A stretch of DNA of 63,958 bases, filler included, from Octopus bimaculoides (GCF_001194135.2; 5 parts of 4 records of this genome joined end to end with filler, not necessarily neighbours in it); one strand, 5' to 3'. Shown: positions 50,163 through 62,169, counted from the whole stretch's first letter. A program made the numbers and translations. The notes: generated by a model from the sequence alone, not told the origin.

Positions 50163-50695
50163 GAGTCCATGTAATTCATTAAGTAATTAATGTATTTCAT
50201 TACATCGTACATTTAATCCCTCGTGTGTACTTTAGTCATCCACATTGTCTTAAATTTTCTAGAAACAATCTAACGAGTGAGCCATTAGGCAGTCGGTCGA
50301 AATGCTAGAAATAACAGCAACTAAATATCCTTCACACGACACCGTACCCTTTTAAAACGAGAAGGATACATTGGATAAATTATAGCTGAAAAGGTTTTGA
50401 TTATATGCAGTTTGATCATCGCAGATTTTATAAACACTGGATCAACTAAATAACAACAACGTTTCACAATACATTCTCTCATTCAGTGAATAGAAACCTC
50501 GTAAATATCCATCAACTACACACTCATATTATATAATTACCTTCAGAGATAACACGGTTGTTACATACATCAAATGGTGCCGTGTGATAGTGGTTAGGAT
50601 GTTTGGCTTATATTATAATGTTGTAGGTTCAGTTCATGGACCGGTATCTCTGATCCATTCAACTGAAAAGGAGTACCTGCCGAGTACTAGTGCAG

Positions 50696-50788
<93 letters not shown>

Positions 50789-51699
50789 AGTCACATTTTG
50801 GTGTGATGCTGGGTCAAAGGATGGGAGTCAGGAAAATGCGTGTGTCTGCTCGCGGCTATACAGGTACATCAAACAATTAGCGAAAGCATGATGCTTACTG
50901 CCAAGATATACACGCTCGAACTGGTTCAGAAAATATATCCAGAAAACTCCCACACGACTCATATACATTGCTCATGTACAAATATACATAGGAAACCATA
51001 GCATTTCTTGATATTATTCTCTTTAATAATCCTTTCAGCGAAATGCATGTCATATAATCACGGCTATACCACACAGATTGAGTTTACCATTCAAGGCAAA
51101 AAGTACTTAAGTCTTGAACAAATGTAATGCATATGAATATAGATCATCCCTCTGATATAGTCTCCTCTTATGTTGCTCGCACATATTGGGTCTCCATAAA
51201 AGAAAAGAAAAACAGAAGATAATCTATATTTCAAGGTTTCCTCTTCAATCCAAAAGAATGTTCAGTTCTAGGGAATTGTTAACGCTCTTTAAAGTTCATG
51301 AGTTACTTACAATGATGTACTACTCACATATCTGCAGTTGTGCTGCTGCTACTCACACAAACTTCTTTCAGCCTACATATAAAACGAGTCATTTTCCACA
51401 TTGACAAGTACCCACTCAACAACTTGCTAAACGGCCTCAGTATATCTCTTTTTTTATTATTTTCTGAACTAGATATTTACTGAACCACTCCATCTAGGCC
51501 TGACTTACAGTAATGAATTTGCCTAATCATCCTTTACTGGGATTTCAATTCTATGGAATTTACTTCTCACCCACTCTTTTTCCGGTTGAGCTACAACAAA
51601 TATCAAGAGCATGGATATTACACATTCGGGAACGCCAACTAAGATTCTGCGCCCACTCTTAATTTACAAAGTATCATTGATGTAATATACACTGCGACA

Positions 51700-51830
51700 G
51701 CTAGTCCAGAACTTGTCTATCTTCTGTGCCTTTTTAATCGTTACTACAATGATATATGTTCCTCTTAACATATTGACTGTCCACCACCTCCATTTAAATA
51801 ATGCATTTCACCTACAAAGTAATTTTGTCT
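51700..51830 (+). mobile_element. Possible CR1/L2-like LINE 3' fragment
   Basis: LVYLLCLFNRYYNDICSS resembles the 'VASL.LFYRYY.G.CS.EL' C-terminal motif of CR1/L2-type ORF2. Confidence 0.35.
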
Positions 51831-52537
51831 AATAATACCTCTCCAGAACTGCGTCCATTTCTCTTTAATCTATTTTCTGGCTTTCCTCCCACCTCCGACT
51901 GCTAACCCGTATCAGTTTCAACTGAACATTAACTTTTCTTTTCCAGTTGCCCTTCCTTGTGCATCAGCTAGGAACTCTACTAAAGTTTTTAGCACCGCCT
52001 GTCTTCATGAATCCATATTTGTAGGAAACTAGGTTACCTTTCAGTAAACCTACCTCGGTGTACTACTTATATTCGTTTTATCAAGTCCAATTGAAAAAAT
52101 TCAAAGTGAACTCAGGCGGCATTTGAAATCAGAACACGAAAATATATTTTGCATCTATGTAACTCATTTTGTGCAGCTCTCTTCGAGAAAGAGTCCCTTT
52201 CTGATTTTATATAAATACCAAGCATTTTAGTTTAAAGCAACGTATGTGTTGCGAAATTAATTTTGCCAAAGTCCTATCATTATAGTTCTTTAGAAATGGA
52301 AATATATTTGTCGATTTTGGTTTAGTGAAAACTAATTTTAATTGATTTAATATTCAATTAAATAATTAAATAAACAAATAATGTTTGCAACGTGAGGAAA
52401 CAGAAAACCAGAAGTAGTACTTATGGGCAGTGGTTGGCAGAACTTTAAGCAGCCAAACAAAAATGAATTACGATCCTACAACTTTTTACATTCAGAGTTC
52501 AAATTCCATTAGGGCTTAGCTTCGTCAATTAGTAGTA

Positions 52538-52641
52538 CGAGGGGTGTATGAAAAGTTTTGAGCCTCAAAAAAAAAAAAAACATGGTACAAGACTTCAAGG
52601 CTCAAAGGCCTTGAAGGCTCAAAATTTTCATACACCCCTCG
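52538..52641. mobile_element. 104-bp mariner-type MITE
   Basis: TA|CGAGGGGTGTATGAAAAGTTTTGAGCCT ... AGGCTCAAAATTTTCATACACCCCTCG|TA. Confidence 0.9.
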
Positions 52642-52962
52642 TACTTCTAGGTGAAATCAAAATAGATTCGAGTTTTTAAGTAACCCTGTGCATGCAAACA
52701 AAACCATCCACCATATAATGTATACAAAGTATTGAAGAACAAGCTGGATATTAGGCTGAACTAATTAACTTTATTCATATCCTAAAGGTTTGTTGTTTTT
52801 GTTATAGATGATTATATCGAAACGGTGATGGGTAGCAGAACCATGTGAGATCGGTTTGCTGTGTTTGATTACTCCCCTTTACGTTCTAGATTCAAATACA
52901 ACAGAGGTAAACTTTATCACCCCACAAACCAATTAAGCGGTGGAAAGTTGTTTATTCCGTTA

Positions 52963-53150
52963 TTGTTTTACTTGTTTCAGTTACTGGTGTGTGGACATCA
53001 CTTTGAATGGTTTAATCGAATAAATCGACCCCAAAATTTATTTTTGGGCATATGGTACTTATTCCATCAATCTCTTTTACTGAGCCAGTAAATTACAAAG
53101 ATGTTAACAAACCACCACCAGTTGTCAAGCGCTGTGGGGACAAACACAGA
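52963..53150 (-). mobile_element. SINE family A, 3' half, diverged
   Basis: ttttacttgtttcag...aatcgacccc...gttgtcaagcgctgtggggacaaacacag. Confidence 0.75.
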
Positions 53151-53543
53151 CACGCACACGCGCATACACATACACTCTCGCACGCACATATACACTCACA
53201 CATATATACATATTACTAGCTTAAAAACTGCCCTATCGGGCAGCTTTTAAGCTAGCTCCTGTGGAGGGCTCTTCATTGAGAGCTTGGGCCCAACAATGAT
53301 ACATTATGTATTGAGTATATATTAAATTTTATTAAATTTGACCAATATTTTTCAAGCAGTGAACAATTTTCATCAAAGCAATGATATAATATTTTGACTT
53401 GGAACTTATTGCAAAGCTTCATGATAAACAACATTTTTTGTCTTCCCATTCGAGGGTCAATACAATCTTTTTTCTGTCTAACCTCTTTCTTTCTTTCTTT
53501 CTCTCTGTCTCTCTTTCTCTCTATCTCTCTCTCTTTCTCTCTA

Positions 53544-53576
<33 letters not shown>

Positions 53577-54013
53577 TCTCTTCTCTTCTCTTTCTGTTGA
53601 TTGTTTTCAACCATCCCCATCACCAGTACCACTGCCATACACACACCATTCAGACTTCTGACGCCAACACCATCAATACTTTTGACTTCTCCGCCTTCAC
53701 CTACACCACAATCACTACTGTCTTTCACATCGTTTACTATCACCGTTATTCCTGACCGCCTCGGCTACTACCACCACCACCATCATCTCCGTCGCCTCCG
53801 CTTCTATCACATCTACGGCTCATACTCTTACTATCACCCCATTACCATCATAACCGTCAATCTGCTACCGCCCTCACAGTCTCTATGCCAACTGTTACTT
53901 TCACCCCAGCATGAGCAATAGTAGAAGTGTCATTGAATAGTGAGAAAGGGGTGGTCAAAGTGTGACATACTGACACACAGATATTCGTTTTGGCATTTAT
54001 TATTATAGATATA

Positions 54014-54817
54014 CGAAGTGCGATCAAAAACTATCTGACTTTATTTTTCCCGCCAAACCTAATGCCGCGTGGGCAAAATCCTTTAGGTGGAAGGCGATGC
54101 CATCATTCTTCCGTATGCGTGAAAGTTTTCGCATCGGTAGGATGCGTCAGTACCTAGTTGTTAAGCCTAGAGTACTGACGTGTTATGCACACTCATCGGA
54201 TTTTCGTTTTCACGCAAGATAACCAAACGCATCGAGCAGAGGCCATGAACCCATGTCTCAATACCATGGTGAGGGTCTTCATGAAGTCTGGGTTGTGGTG
54301 TGCACAGTCCAGCATGTTTTTCAAAATCCAGCATGTTTTTCAAAACCCAGCATGTCTTGAGCGATTTCCATTCGGTGTTGATTCTACTGTTCCGCCATCA
54401 CCTTGGGGACGAATTTCGCTGACACTATCTACACGCGCAAATCCTCTGTTAAAATGGAATGCACTGATTTTGTGTTTATCCCACTTTGTGAGTAATTTCC
54501 TGGATTATTACATGACTATTCGCCGAACATACTCAATCGGCTTCTCGTTTGAGATTGAGGATTGCCTGCCTGAGCGTGCCTCACTCACCACTGAGGTGCG
54601 ACCAAGTTTGAATCGGTTGTATCACACCTTGATCTGAGTTTTTCCCATTGCATCATCACCAAAGGCCTGCTGAATCTTCTGGGTCTCACTAAGCTTTTGA
54701 CAAAATTTGATGCAATAATTTATGTCCCATTGCATTCGATGAAAATAAGAAGGATTTTGTCACATGGTATTAGTTTTGGCGGGAGAAATAAATCTGATAC
54801 TCTCTGAACGTGATTTG
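54014..54817 (-). mobile_element. Internally deleted mariner element with ~50-bp imperfect TIRs
   Basis: TIR core tttatttttcccgccaaacctaat / attagttttggcgggagaaataaa. Minus-strand CIKFCQKL..QQAFGDDAMGKTQIKV*YNRFKLGRTSV..EARSGRQS is a mariner HTH region. Confidence 0.88.
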
Positions 54818-54844
54818 AATATATATAACGGACTACTACACAGT

Positions 54845-54990
54845 TTCTGTCTACCAAATTAATTCACAAGACATTAGTGCGCTTGAGGCGATAGTAGAAG
54901 ACACTATCCCAAGATGCTGCTTGGTGGGACTTAACCTAAAACAATATTGTTTCGAAACACATTTCTTAACCACAGAGCTATGCCTGCACC
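54845..54990 (-). mobile_element. SINE family A, 5' part, diverged
   Basis: cagtttctgtctaccaaattaattcacaag...agtagaagacact...gtgggacttaacc...tatgcctgcacc. Confidence 0.75.
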
Positions 54991-55281
54991 ATTGGTTTCT
55001 ACCAACTTTTGATTTCATCATTTGCATTTATTGGAAAAAGCATGTAGCCCTATACCGATCTTAAAAATCATTATATTGAAATATTTACACAACCAGAAGC
55101 GTTACTATGTCTTCTGGTTCTCTTTAATGTTTTTCTTCTCACTATATAAAACTTATAAATCAAAAATAATTATAGGATTTTCACAAAAATGATTTGAGCA
55201 CACACACATAAGCACATGCACACGCACACGCACTCATACATACACACGTGCACGCACACGCGCGCATCACATACACACATG

Positions 55282-55314
<33 letters not shown>

Positions 55315-55676
55315 GAATACATACACACATAAAAAGTTCGTTATATATATATATACTGACAGATAGATAGGTAGACATAAAGATATATATATGTATTTGG
55401 ATATTTACATACGCATATATATATACACATATATGTTTATATATATGTGTATGATGAAGGAGATGTTTCTATGTGGCTTGCTTGTTTGTTGTACCTTGTT
55501 TATCATTTTGTCCATGTTCTTTTGCCACGTCATATACACAGTTATGTATTTATATGTACATGTAGATGAAGGTATGTACATACATGTACATATATATGCA
55601 TATACTCATATATTGTTTGTATCACGACAGAACGCACGCGTTAACCTTTATACAGTAAGTTTTAACTATTTTTCTA

Positions 55677-55776
55677 NNNNNNNNNNNNNNNNNNNNNNNN
55701 NNNNNNNNNNNNNNNNNNNNTTAATTAATTAANNNNNNNNNNNNNNNNNNNNNNNNNNNNNNNNNNNNNNNNNNNN
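55677..55776. other. Assembly spacer N44-TTAATTAATTAA-N44
   Basis: 12-mer at 55721-55732 between N runs. Confidence 0.95.
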
Positions 55777-56063
55777 TGGAAAGCGGACGTTAAACGATGA
55801 TGATGATGATGATGATATATATGTGTGTGTGTGTGTGTGTGTATGTATATGTTTGTGTGTGTGTGTTTGTCCCCCCAACATCGCTTAACAACCGATGCTG
55901 GTGTGTTTACGTTCCCGTAACTTAGCGGTTTGGCAAAATAGACCAATAGAATAAGTACTAGGCTTACAAAGAATAAGCCCTAGGATCAACTTGGTCGACG
56001 AAAGGCGGTGCTCCAGCATGGCCACAGTCAAATGACTGAAAGAAGTAAAATAGTAAAAGAGTA
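55776..56063 (+). mobile_element. Family D tail (GAT)n followed by SINE family A 3' half
   Basis: tggaaagcggacgttaaacgatgatgat, then the (TG)n tract and the A-family 3' half to agtaaaatagtaaaagagta. Confidence 0.8.
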
Positions 56064-56648
56064 TATGTGTATCTATATGTATGTGTTTGTATTGATATAC
56101 AAAGTTATATTTCTGTGTGTGTGTATATGTGTGTGTGTGTATATATGTGTGTGTAAACTTTCTACCACACACATCCACCCTCTCTGGCATTCATCTTCTG
56201 CCTATCTCCCATAAACTCTGACATTTGAAACACTATTTTTAGATTCTACAACAAGCAAACTGCTGCTGTTTATTCACTTCATTAAGATAAGGAAATGTAC
56301 TAATTTTATTCAATCCCTAAATTTCGGTATTTCTCAAAATTTGCCAGCTTTACAAATCCCAACTTATTCCACACACACATACACAAATTCATGCAACTAT
56401 ACATTTAGTCTCTCCAGCCTCTGTCTGTGTTCACCTCATATGGACATTAAGAATTGGTCTCTGTTTTTATGTTCTATTATATTCTAAGGCAAGCTGCCAC
56501 TCGCAGAGATAATTATATTTACTTTTTAAATGTTCCCTAAATTCCATTATACCAAAATAAGTAAGTCTTGCAAGCCCCATCACATTTTTCCCTACCACAT
56601 GCATGCAACAAAGTGCACACGCACACACACACACACACATGCACACAT

Positions 56649-56687
<39 letters not shown>

Positions 56688-57139
56688 CACAAATTTACTC
56701 ACACCCACATTCTTTATCTTCAGTCTTGAACAATTCTCCATTCGCTCCACATTAACTCTGACACTTGACATCCAATCTCTGTTTCTAACAAAGAAATACA
56801 CTTCAAAGCTGACATTAATTAGTTAATTAATTACCATATTCTCTAGCATACAAATTGGCATAGTATTTAGTGTAAACATGTTATGTAAACATTCAACCAT
56901 TGTCTCTACTGTTCTGAATCCTGCTGCCTTTCACATGGAACTTTTGCTCCACCAAGTTCATCTTTGTCTATAAGTTGGCTTAGCTCTCTTTCATAAGTGA
57001 TTTACCAATCACTGTTTCCAGCAAAGAGTTACACTTCAAAGTTGAAATTAATTTAATTAATTACCATATTTTCTAGCTTACAAGTTGGCATGGTACATAG
57101 TGGACAAATTGCATCTGCCACAACAGAATTGATACCTTA

Positions 57140-57489
57140 AAACTAAGGTACCTTGTAAAAAGCATTGATGCTGGTGCGACGTAAGAAGCACTGGTGATGG
57201 TGCCACATAAAAAGTACTAGTGCTGGTGGCACCTAAAAAGCACTGGTGCTGGTGCCACATAAAAAGCACATGTGTTGGTGTCACATAAAAAGCACAGATG
57301 CTGGTGCCACATAAAAGGCACCCAGTACATTCTGTAAAGTAGTTGGCATTAGGAAGGGCATCCAACTGTAGAATCTGAGCTAAAACAAACTATGGAACTA
57401 GGTGCAGCCCCTGGCTTTGCCAGCACTTGTCAAGCCATCCAACCCATGCCAGCATAGTAAACATATGTTAAATGATGATTATGATGATG
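57140..57489 (+). mobile_element. SINE-like family D 3' part with internal 26-bp tandem repeats and (GAT)n tail
   Basis: Six 26-bp units at 57167-57322 (consensus GGTGCTGGTGCCACATAAAAAGCACT), then gttggcattaggaagggcatccaactgtaga and ccaacccatgccagcat...gttaaatgatgat. Confidence 0.8.
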
Positions 57490-57503
57490 TGTAACCATCA
57501 TAC

Positions 57504-57641
57504 TATCTATATTTAAGAGATGAGGAATTATGTACATCATTTACATTTGACGGATATTTGTCCTCATCTTGTTTGGCGTAGTGGTTCAGAGCACGTGCTA
57601 CTAACCCCAAGATTCCGAGTTTGATTTCATGCAGTGACCTC

Positions 57642-57685
<44 letters not shown>

Positions 57686-57815
57686 CTTAGGAATGAGAAT
57701 CCAGGTTTGAAATTTCCCCAAGACACCTGAAGAAGGCTAGAGGGTAAATCAGCCGAAACGTTGTGTTAACAACAAACAAGATGGGGACAAATATCCATCA
57801 AATGTAAATAATGTA
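57504..57815 (+). mobile_element. tRNA-headed element with (TAA)n linker, hammerhead-bearing Penelope-like tail and upstream inverted 3'-end copy
   Basis: Inverted arm 57504-57574; A-box TGGCGTAGTGG 57574-57584; degenerate B-box ~57619; (TAA)n 57642-57684; tail 57684-57815. Confidence 0.8.
57722..57767 (+). ncRNA. Minimal type I hammerhead ribozyme motif
   Basis: Stem I GACAC/GTGTT, core CTGAAGA, extra A, stem II GGCT/AGCC, GAAA, palindromic ACGT, predicted cleavage after GUU (T57762). Confidence 0.7.
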
Positions 57816-58039
57816 AATCATTTCTGTTTTTCTAAATCCTGCTGCATTTCACATGGAATTTTGGGTCCTCCAAATTCATCTTTGTGTATAAGCTGACCTA
57901 CCTTTTTTTCATAAGTGACTTACCAATCACTATTTCTACCAAAAATAAATACACCTCAGAGTTGGAATTAATAGTCCTGTCAAAATGTTCAACCCATGCC
58001 AGCATAGAAAATGGACGTTAAATGAAGATGATGGTCATT

Positions 58040-58565
58040 ATAACCAATCATAAGACAATATGTTCAATTCCTGGCAATGCATTTGTGTCCTTGAGCAAGA
58101 CAATTCATTTCACATTGCTCCACTCCACTCAGCTGGCTAAAATGAGTAATACCTGTAATTCAAAGGGCCAGCCTTGACACACTCTGAGTCACACTATCTT
58201 CCTGAGAACTACAATGGCTGTGGAGTACTCAGCCACTTGCACATTAATTTCATGAGCAGGCCATTTCATTGCTCATATCAACTGGAACACTTGTCATAAC
58301 CAGTCATAAGATCGTGTGTTCAATTCCTGGCAATGCATTGTGTTCTTAAGCAAGACACTTTATTTCACGTTGCTCCAGTTCACTCAACTGCGAAAAATTA
58401 GTTGTACCAGTAATTCAAATGGGGCGAACCTTATCACACTCTGAGTCATGTTGAATCTCCCTGAGAACCACTTTAAATGACTCACATGAGTGTGGAGCCA
58501 CTTGCATGTTAATTTCTTGAGCAAGCTGTTCTGTTGACTGGATCAACTAGAATATTCATTCTCAT
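58040..58565 (+). mobile_element. Two diverged tandem SINE copies (family-C-like 3' domain)
   Basis: Repeated blocks gttcaattcctggcaatgcatt..ttgagcaagac, acactctgagtca, ccctgagaac, ttgcacattaatttcatgagcagg, tcaactgga at ~58070-58300 and ~58318-58560. Confidence 0.75.
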
Positions 58566-58589
58566 AACCATGGAGTACTAGATATAGCT

Positions 58590-58770
58590 TCACATGTAGA
58601 CATACATGTGTGATTAAGCAGTTTGCTTCTCAACCCCATGGTTCTGGGTTCAATCCTACTGCATGGCACCTTGGGCAATTGCTTTTGATTGTAGTCTTGG
58701 GCCGACCAATGCCTTGTGAGTGGATTTGGTGGATGGAAGCCCATGATATATATGAGTGTATGTATATATA
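58590..58770 (+). mobile_element. SINE (family-A-type head) interrupted by a DNA transposon in its TA tract
   Basis: gcagtttgcttc..ccatggttctgggttcaatcc...gccttgtgagtggatttggtggatggaagccc, then the TA tract and the TIR at 58771. Confidence 0.75.
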
Positions 58771-59989
58771 CAGGGCGTGTAAGATATTTGAGGACAGATT
58801 TATGTTTATAAAAAAACAGATATATAATAACAGATAATAACTTTATTTATCAAAAAATGCTATGAGGATAAAAATAAACCTTCTTTTCTATAATGTTATT
58901 CAATAAAGCCACCTTCAGCTTCAACAACTGCTTCTATATGAAATCCAAATTATCTAAATGCTCGAATCAAGTGGTCTTGATTCATTTTGGACATTACTCT
59001 GATTATGGCAGCTTTCCAAGAAACTTTGGTGTTATGGGTGTGTTCATTGACCTCTCTCTCAACAAAGCTTCATATGTAATAGTCCAATGGATTGAGATTT
59101 GGGGAATTAGGAAGCCAAATGTTAGGGGTTGTGTGATCATGAAAATTTTCAACCATCCATTCCTGTGTTACTAGAGCCATGTGTGATAATGCAGAGTCTT
59201 ACTGAAACACATATAGCCTTCCATTAAATACACTGTCTATCCAGGGCTTAACAATTGCTTCTAGGACCTCAATGTAGGCAGCAGAGTTAACTCTAAGGCC
59301 TTGTGCAAAGAAGTAAGGCGGAATCACATGTCCTTCATAGCTGACAACCCTTAAAACTATGACAGTTGCAGGAAATTTTGTATGCCTAACACTTGGAACT
59401 TCAGAAGGGTCTGCACCATCTGTCATTTCTTCTGTTAACTTTTTGATCTTAGTTGAAGTTTTTCTCATTTGAGAAAAACCAAATCAAATCTTCTGCTAGA
59501 TTTTTCAGTTTGTTTAAGAACCTTTTAGATCTGATGTAGTAATTTTCTTTCGCTTTTTCTGACAAATTGACCTTTCCTCATCATATAAGACTTATATCTG
59601 ATGTCTTCATGGACAACATTTCTGACTGTTCCTTCTGACACATGGAGATCTTTTGCAATTGACCTCATGGACTTTCTGGGATTGTAATCAATGGTCTGTT
59701 GAACTTGCTGGATAAATTCAGGTTTCATAATGTTTAGAATGCTTTTTATGCGTTGATACTGGTGATATGTTTCCATCTTCAGTCTCTAGCTCCTTACAAA
59801 CTTTGTAGACGAAAGATCTGGGAACTTTTAAAACTTGTGATATTTCTAAATCTCTATGCTCAGCCTTTATAACCACAATAAGCTAAGGGTCTGCCATTAT
59901 TATTTTCTGCAACAAAGATTATACAGAGTTAGCAAAAAATGCAGCAATGACCCAAAAGAGGTATGTCCTCAAATACCTTACGCATCCTG
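58771..59989 (-). mobile_element. maT/DD37D-like mariner-Tc1 transposon, 1219 bp, TIRs and TA TSD, decayed
   Basis: TIRs CAGGGCGTGTAAGATATTTGAGGACA / CAGGATGCGTAAGGTATTTGAGGACA. Remnants NPRKSMRSIAKDLHVSEGTVRNVVHEDIRYKSY, HTKFPATV...FFAQGLRVNSAAYIEVL..VKPWI, VFQ*DSALSH, PNSPNLNPLDY. Subfamily inferred from motif style. Confidence 0.92.
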
Positions 59990-60227
59990 TACATATGGGT
60001 GTGTGTATGTGTGTTTGTGATGTCTTGGCTTGTCATATGTGATAGCTGTGAACACACATCACCGTCATACAAGTGATGCTATCTGTTTCCAGTCTTCTGT
60101 GGAAGACATGTCTGGAAATGGAGGAATGTCTGATTGTAAGAAAATTTGCCTTAATGAATTCTTTCTGAGACATGCAATTATGGAGTAGGGAACATTAAAA
60201 TGAATGATAATAATTATGCTGTATATA

Positions 60228-60282
60228 TGAAGGGGTGCCGAAAAGTTCCTGGCTTCGGATAAAAGGAAATACAGGAGGATCA
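60228..60282 (+). mobile_element. Truncated copy of the 61278 MITE family
   Basis: gaaggggtgccgaaaagttcctggcttcggataaaaggaaatacaggaggat matches the left end of 61278-61484. Confidence 0.75.
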
Positions 60283-60284
60283 CT

Positions 60285-60545
60285 GTACTTTTACTTTTTC
60301 CAGTGCTGGTGCACTGCCTTTAGTTGAACAAATCGACCCCAGGACTTATTCTTTGTAAGCCTAGTACTTATTCTATTCTCTTTTTTGCTGAACTGCTAAG
60401 TTACAAGGACATAAACGCACCAACATCAGTGTCAAGCGATGGTGGGATGACAAACGCAGACACACAAATACATGCACACACACACACACACACACACATA
60501 TATGGTGGGCTTCTTTCAGTTTCTATCTACCATATCCACTCACAA
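60285..60545 (-). mobile_element. SINE family A, 3' half up to a gap
   Basis: gttgaacaaatcgaccccaggacttattctttgtaagcctagtactt...gtcaagcgatggtggg...gggcttctttcagtttc. Confidence 0.88.
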
Positions 60546-61277
60546 NNNNNNNNNNNNNNNNNNNNNNNNNNNNNNNNNNNNNNNNNNNNNNNNNNNNNNN
60601 NNNNNNNNNNNNNNNNNNNNNNNNNNNNNNNNNNNNNNNNNNNNNNNNNNNNNNNNNNNNNNNNNNNNNNNNNNNNNNNNNNNNNNNNNNNNNNNNNNNN
60701 NNNNNNNNNNNNNNNNNNNNNNNNNNNNNNNNNNNNNNNNNNNNNNNNNNNNNNNNNNNNNNNNNNNNNNNNNNNNNNNNNNNNNNNNNNNNNNNNNNNN
60801 NNNNNNNNNNNNNNNNNNNNNNNNNNNNNNNNNNNNNNNNNNNNNNNNNNNNNNNNNNNNNNNNNNNNNNNNNNNNNNNNNNNNNNNNNNNNNNNNNNNN
60901 NNNNNNNNNNNNTTAGTATTATTATAATTAGTATTATTATTACTATTATTATTATCACTATTGTTACTGGCTGTGAATGGTCAAGTTTCACACTGCTTCA
61001 CATAGTATATATCTTATTTCAAGAGTGTTGTGCATAAAAGAAATGTTTTGGAGACTTGTTTTGTCTCCAAGGGTTTTATATTTTTCGAAAGTCTACCCCT
61101 GTTACCTAAGGAAGAGATGAAATTTATCATTAGACTGTTTAAACACACAGTTTTGATAAGCAGCCATTTGCAATAATTACATGTGTTTTAAGATGGCCGC
61201 TTGAATGGTACCAGGAAGAGATGCTGGTCACAGTGATCAAAGCTGTGACATAGCATGGGTTTTAGCTGCCCTATGTA

Positions 61278-61484
61278 CAAGGGGGTGCTGAAAAGTTTCT
61301 GGCTTTGGGTAAAAGAAAATACAGGTGGATTAGTTAATTATGATTTTATTCAACATATTGCCTTCTCAGAATCACACACACTTATTGCAGCGGTCTTTCA
61401 ATTTTTCTAAGCCCTGTAAAATATCTCAGAAGGTTGGGCCTCAAATCTGGCCTTTCACGCCAGGAACTTTTCAGCACCCCCTTG
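61278..61484. mobile_element. 207-bp mariner-type MITE
   Basis: TA|CAAGGGGGTGCTGAAAAGTTTCTGGC ... GCCAGGAACTTTTCAGCACCCCCTTG|TA (25/26 identical). Confidence 0.92.
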
Positions 61485-61759
61485 TATATTTCTGTATATA
61501 CACTAGTTCTTTATAACTTAATGCAATAAAGGGTATTTGACTCATAATCATATGATCATGTGTTCAATTCCTTGCAGTGCATTGGGTCCTTGAGCAAAAC
61601 ACTTTATTTCACATTACTGTAGTCTGCTCTGCTGGCAAAAGGGAAAAGTACCCCTATATTGAAGCACCAGCCTTCTCACATTCTGTGTCTTGCTGAATTT
61701 CTTTGAGAACTACATCAAGGGTAAAAGTGTCTATGGTGTTTTTGTATATAGTTTGCAAG

Positions 61760-62139
61760 ATTCTTTATGTGGATATCGTGATGGCACCTGTGGCCAGCAT
61801 GGCCTTCCTAGTACTTGTGCCGGTGGCACGTGTAAAGATATTCGAGCGAGATCGTTGCCAGTGCTGCCGAACTGGCTCCTGTGCAGGTGGCACGTAAAAT
61901 ACACTATTTTGAGCGTGGCCGTTGCCAGTACTGCCTGATTGGCCTTCGTGCGGGTGGCACGTAAAAGCACCCACTACACTCTCTAAGTGGTTAGCGTTAG
62001 GAAGGGCATCCAGCTGTAGAAACTCTGCCAAATCAGATTGGAGCCTGATGTAGCCATCTGGTTTCACCAGTCCTCAGTTAAATCGTCCAACCCACGCTAG
62101 CATGGAAAGCGGACGTTAAATGACGATGATGATGATGAT
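61760..62139 (+). mobile_element. SINE-like family D 3' part with internal GGTGGCACGT repeats and (GAT)n tail
   Basis: Three ggtggcacgt blocks, then gttagcgttaggaagggcatccagctgtagaa and ccaacccacgctagcatggaaagcggacgttaaatgacgatgat. Confidence 0.82.
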
Positions 62140-62169
62140 TCTCCCTAGATGCAACAAAAAATGTCTATG

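Larger units (their letters stand above)
56780..57975. repeat. Degenerate ~233-bp local tandem unit, 2-3 partial copies, interrupted by SINEs
   Basis: tttctaacaaagaaatacacttcaaag..aatt recurs at 56781, 57014 and 57932; aatcctgctgc..ttcacatggaa recurs at ~56917 and ~57835. Confidence 0.7.

Noticed and set aside
57167-57322. CRISPR-like regularly spaced repeats (also 45723-46057)
   Set aside because: Units are contiguous with no unique spacers, the context is eukaryotic SINE, and no cas genes are present.
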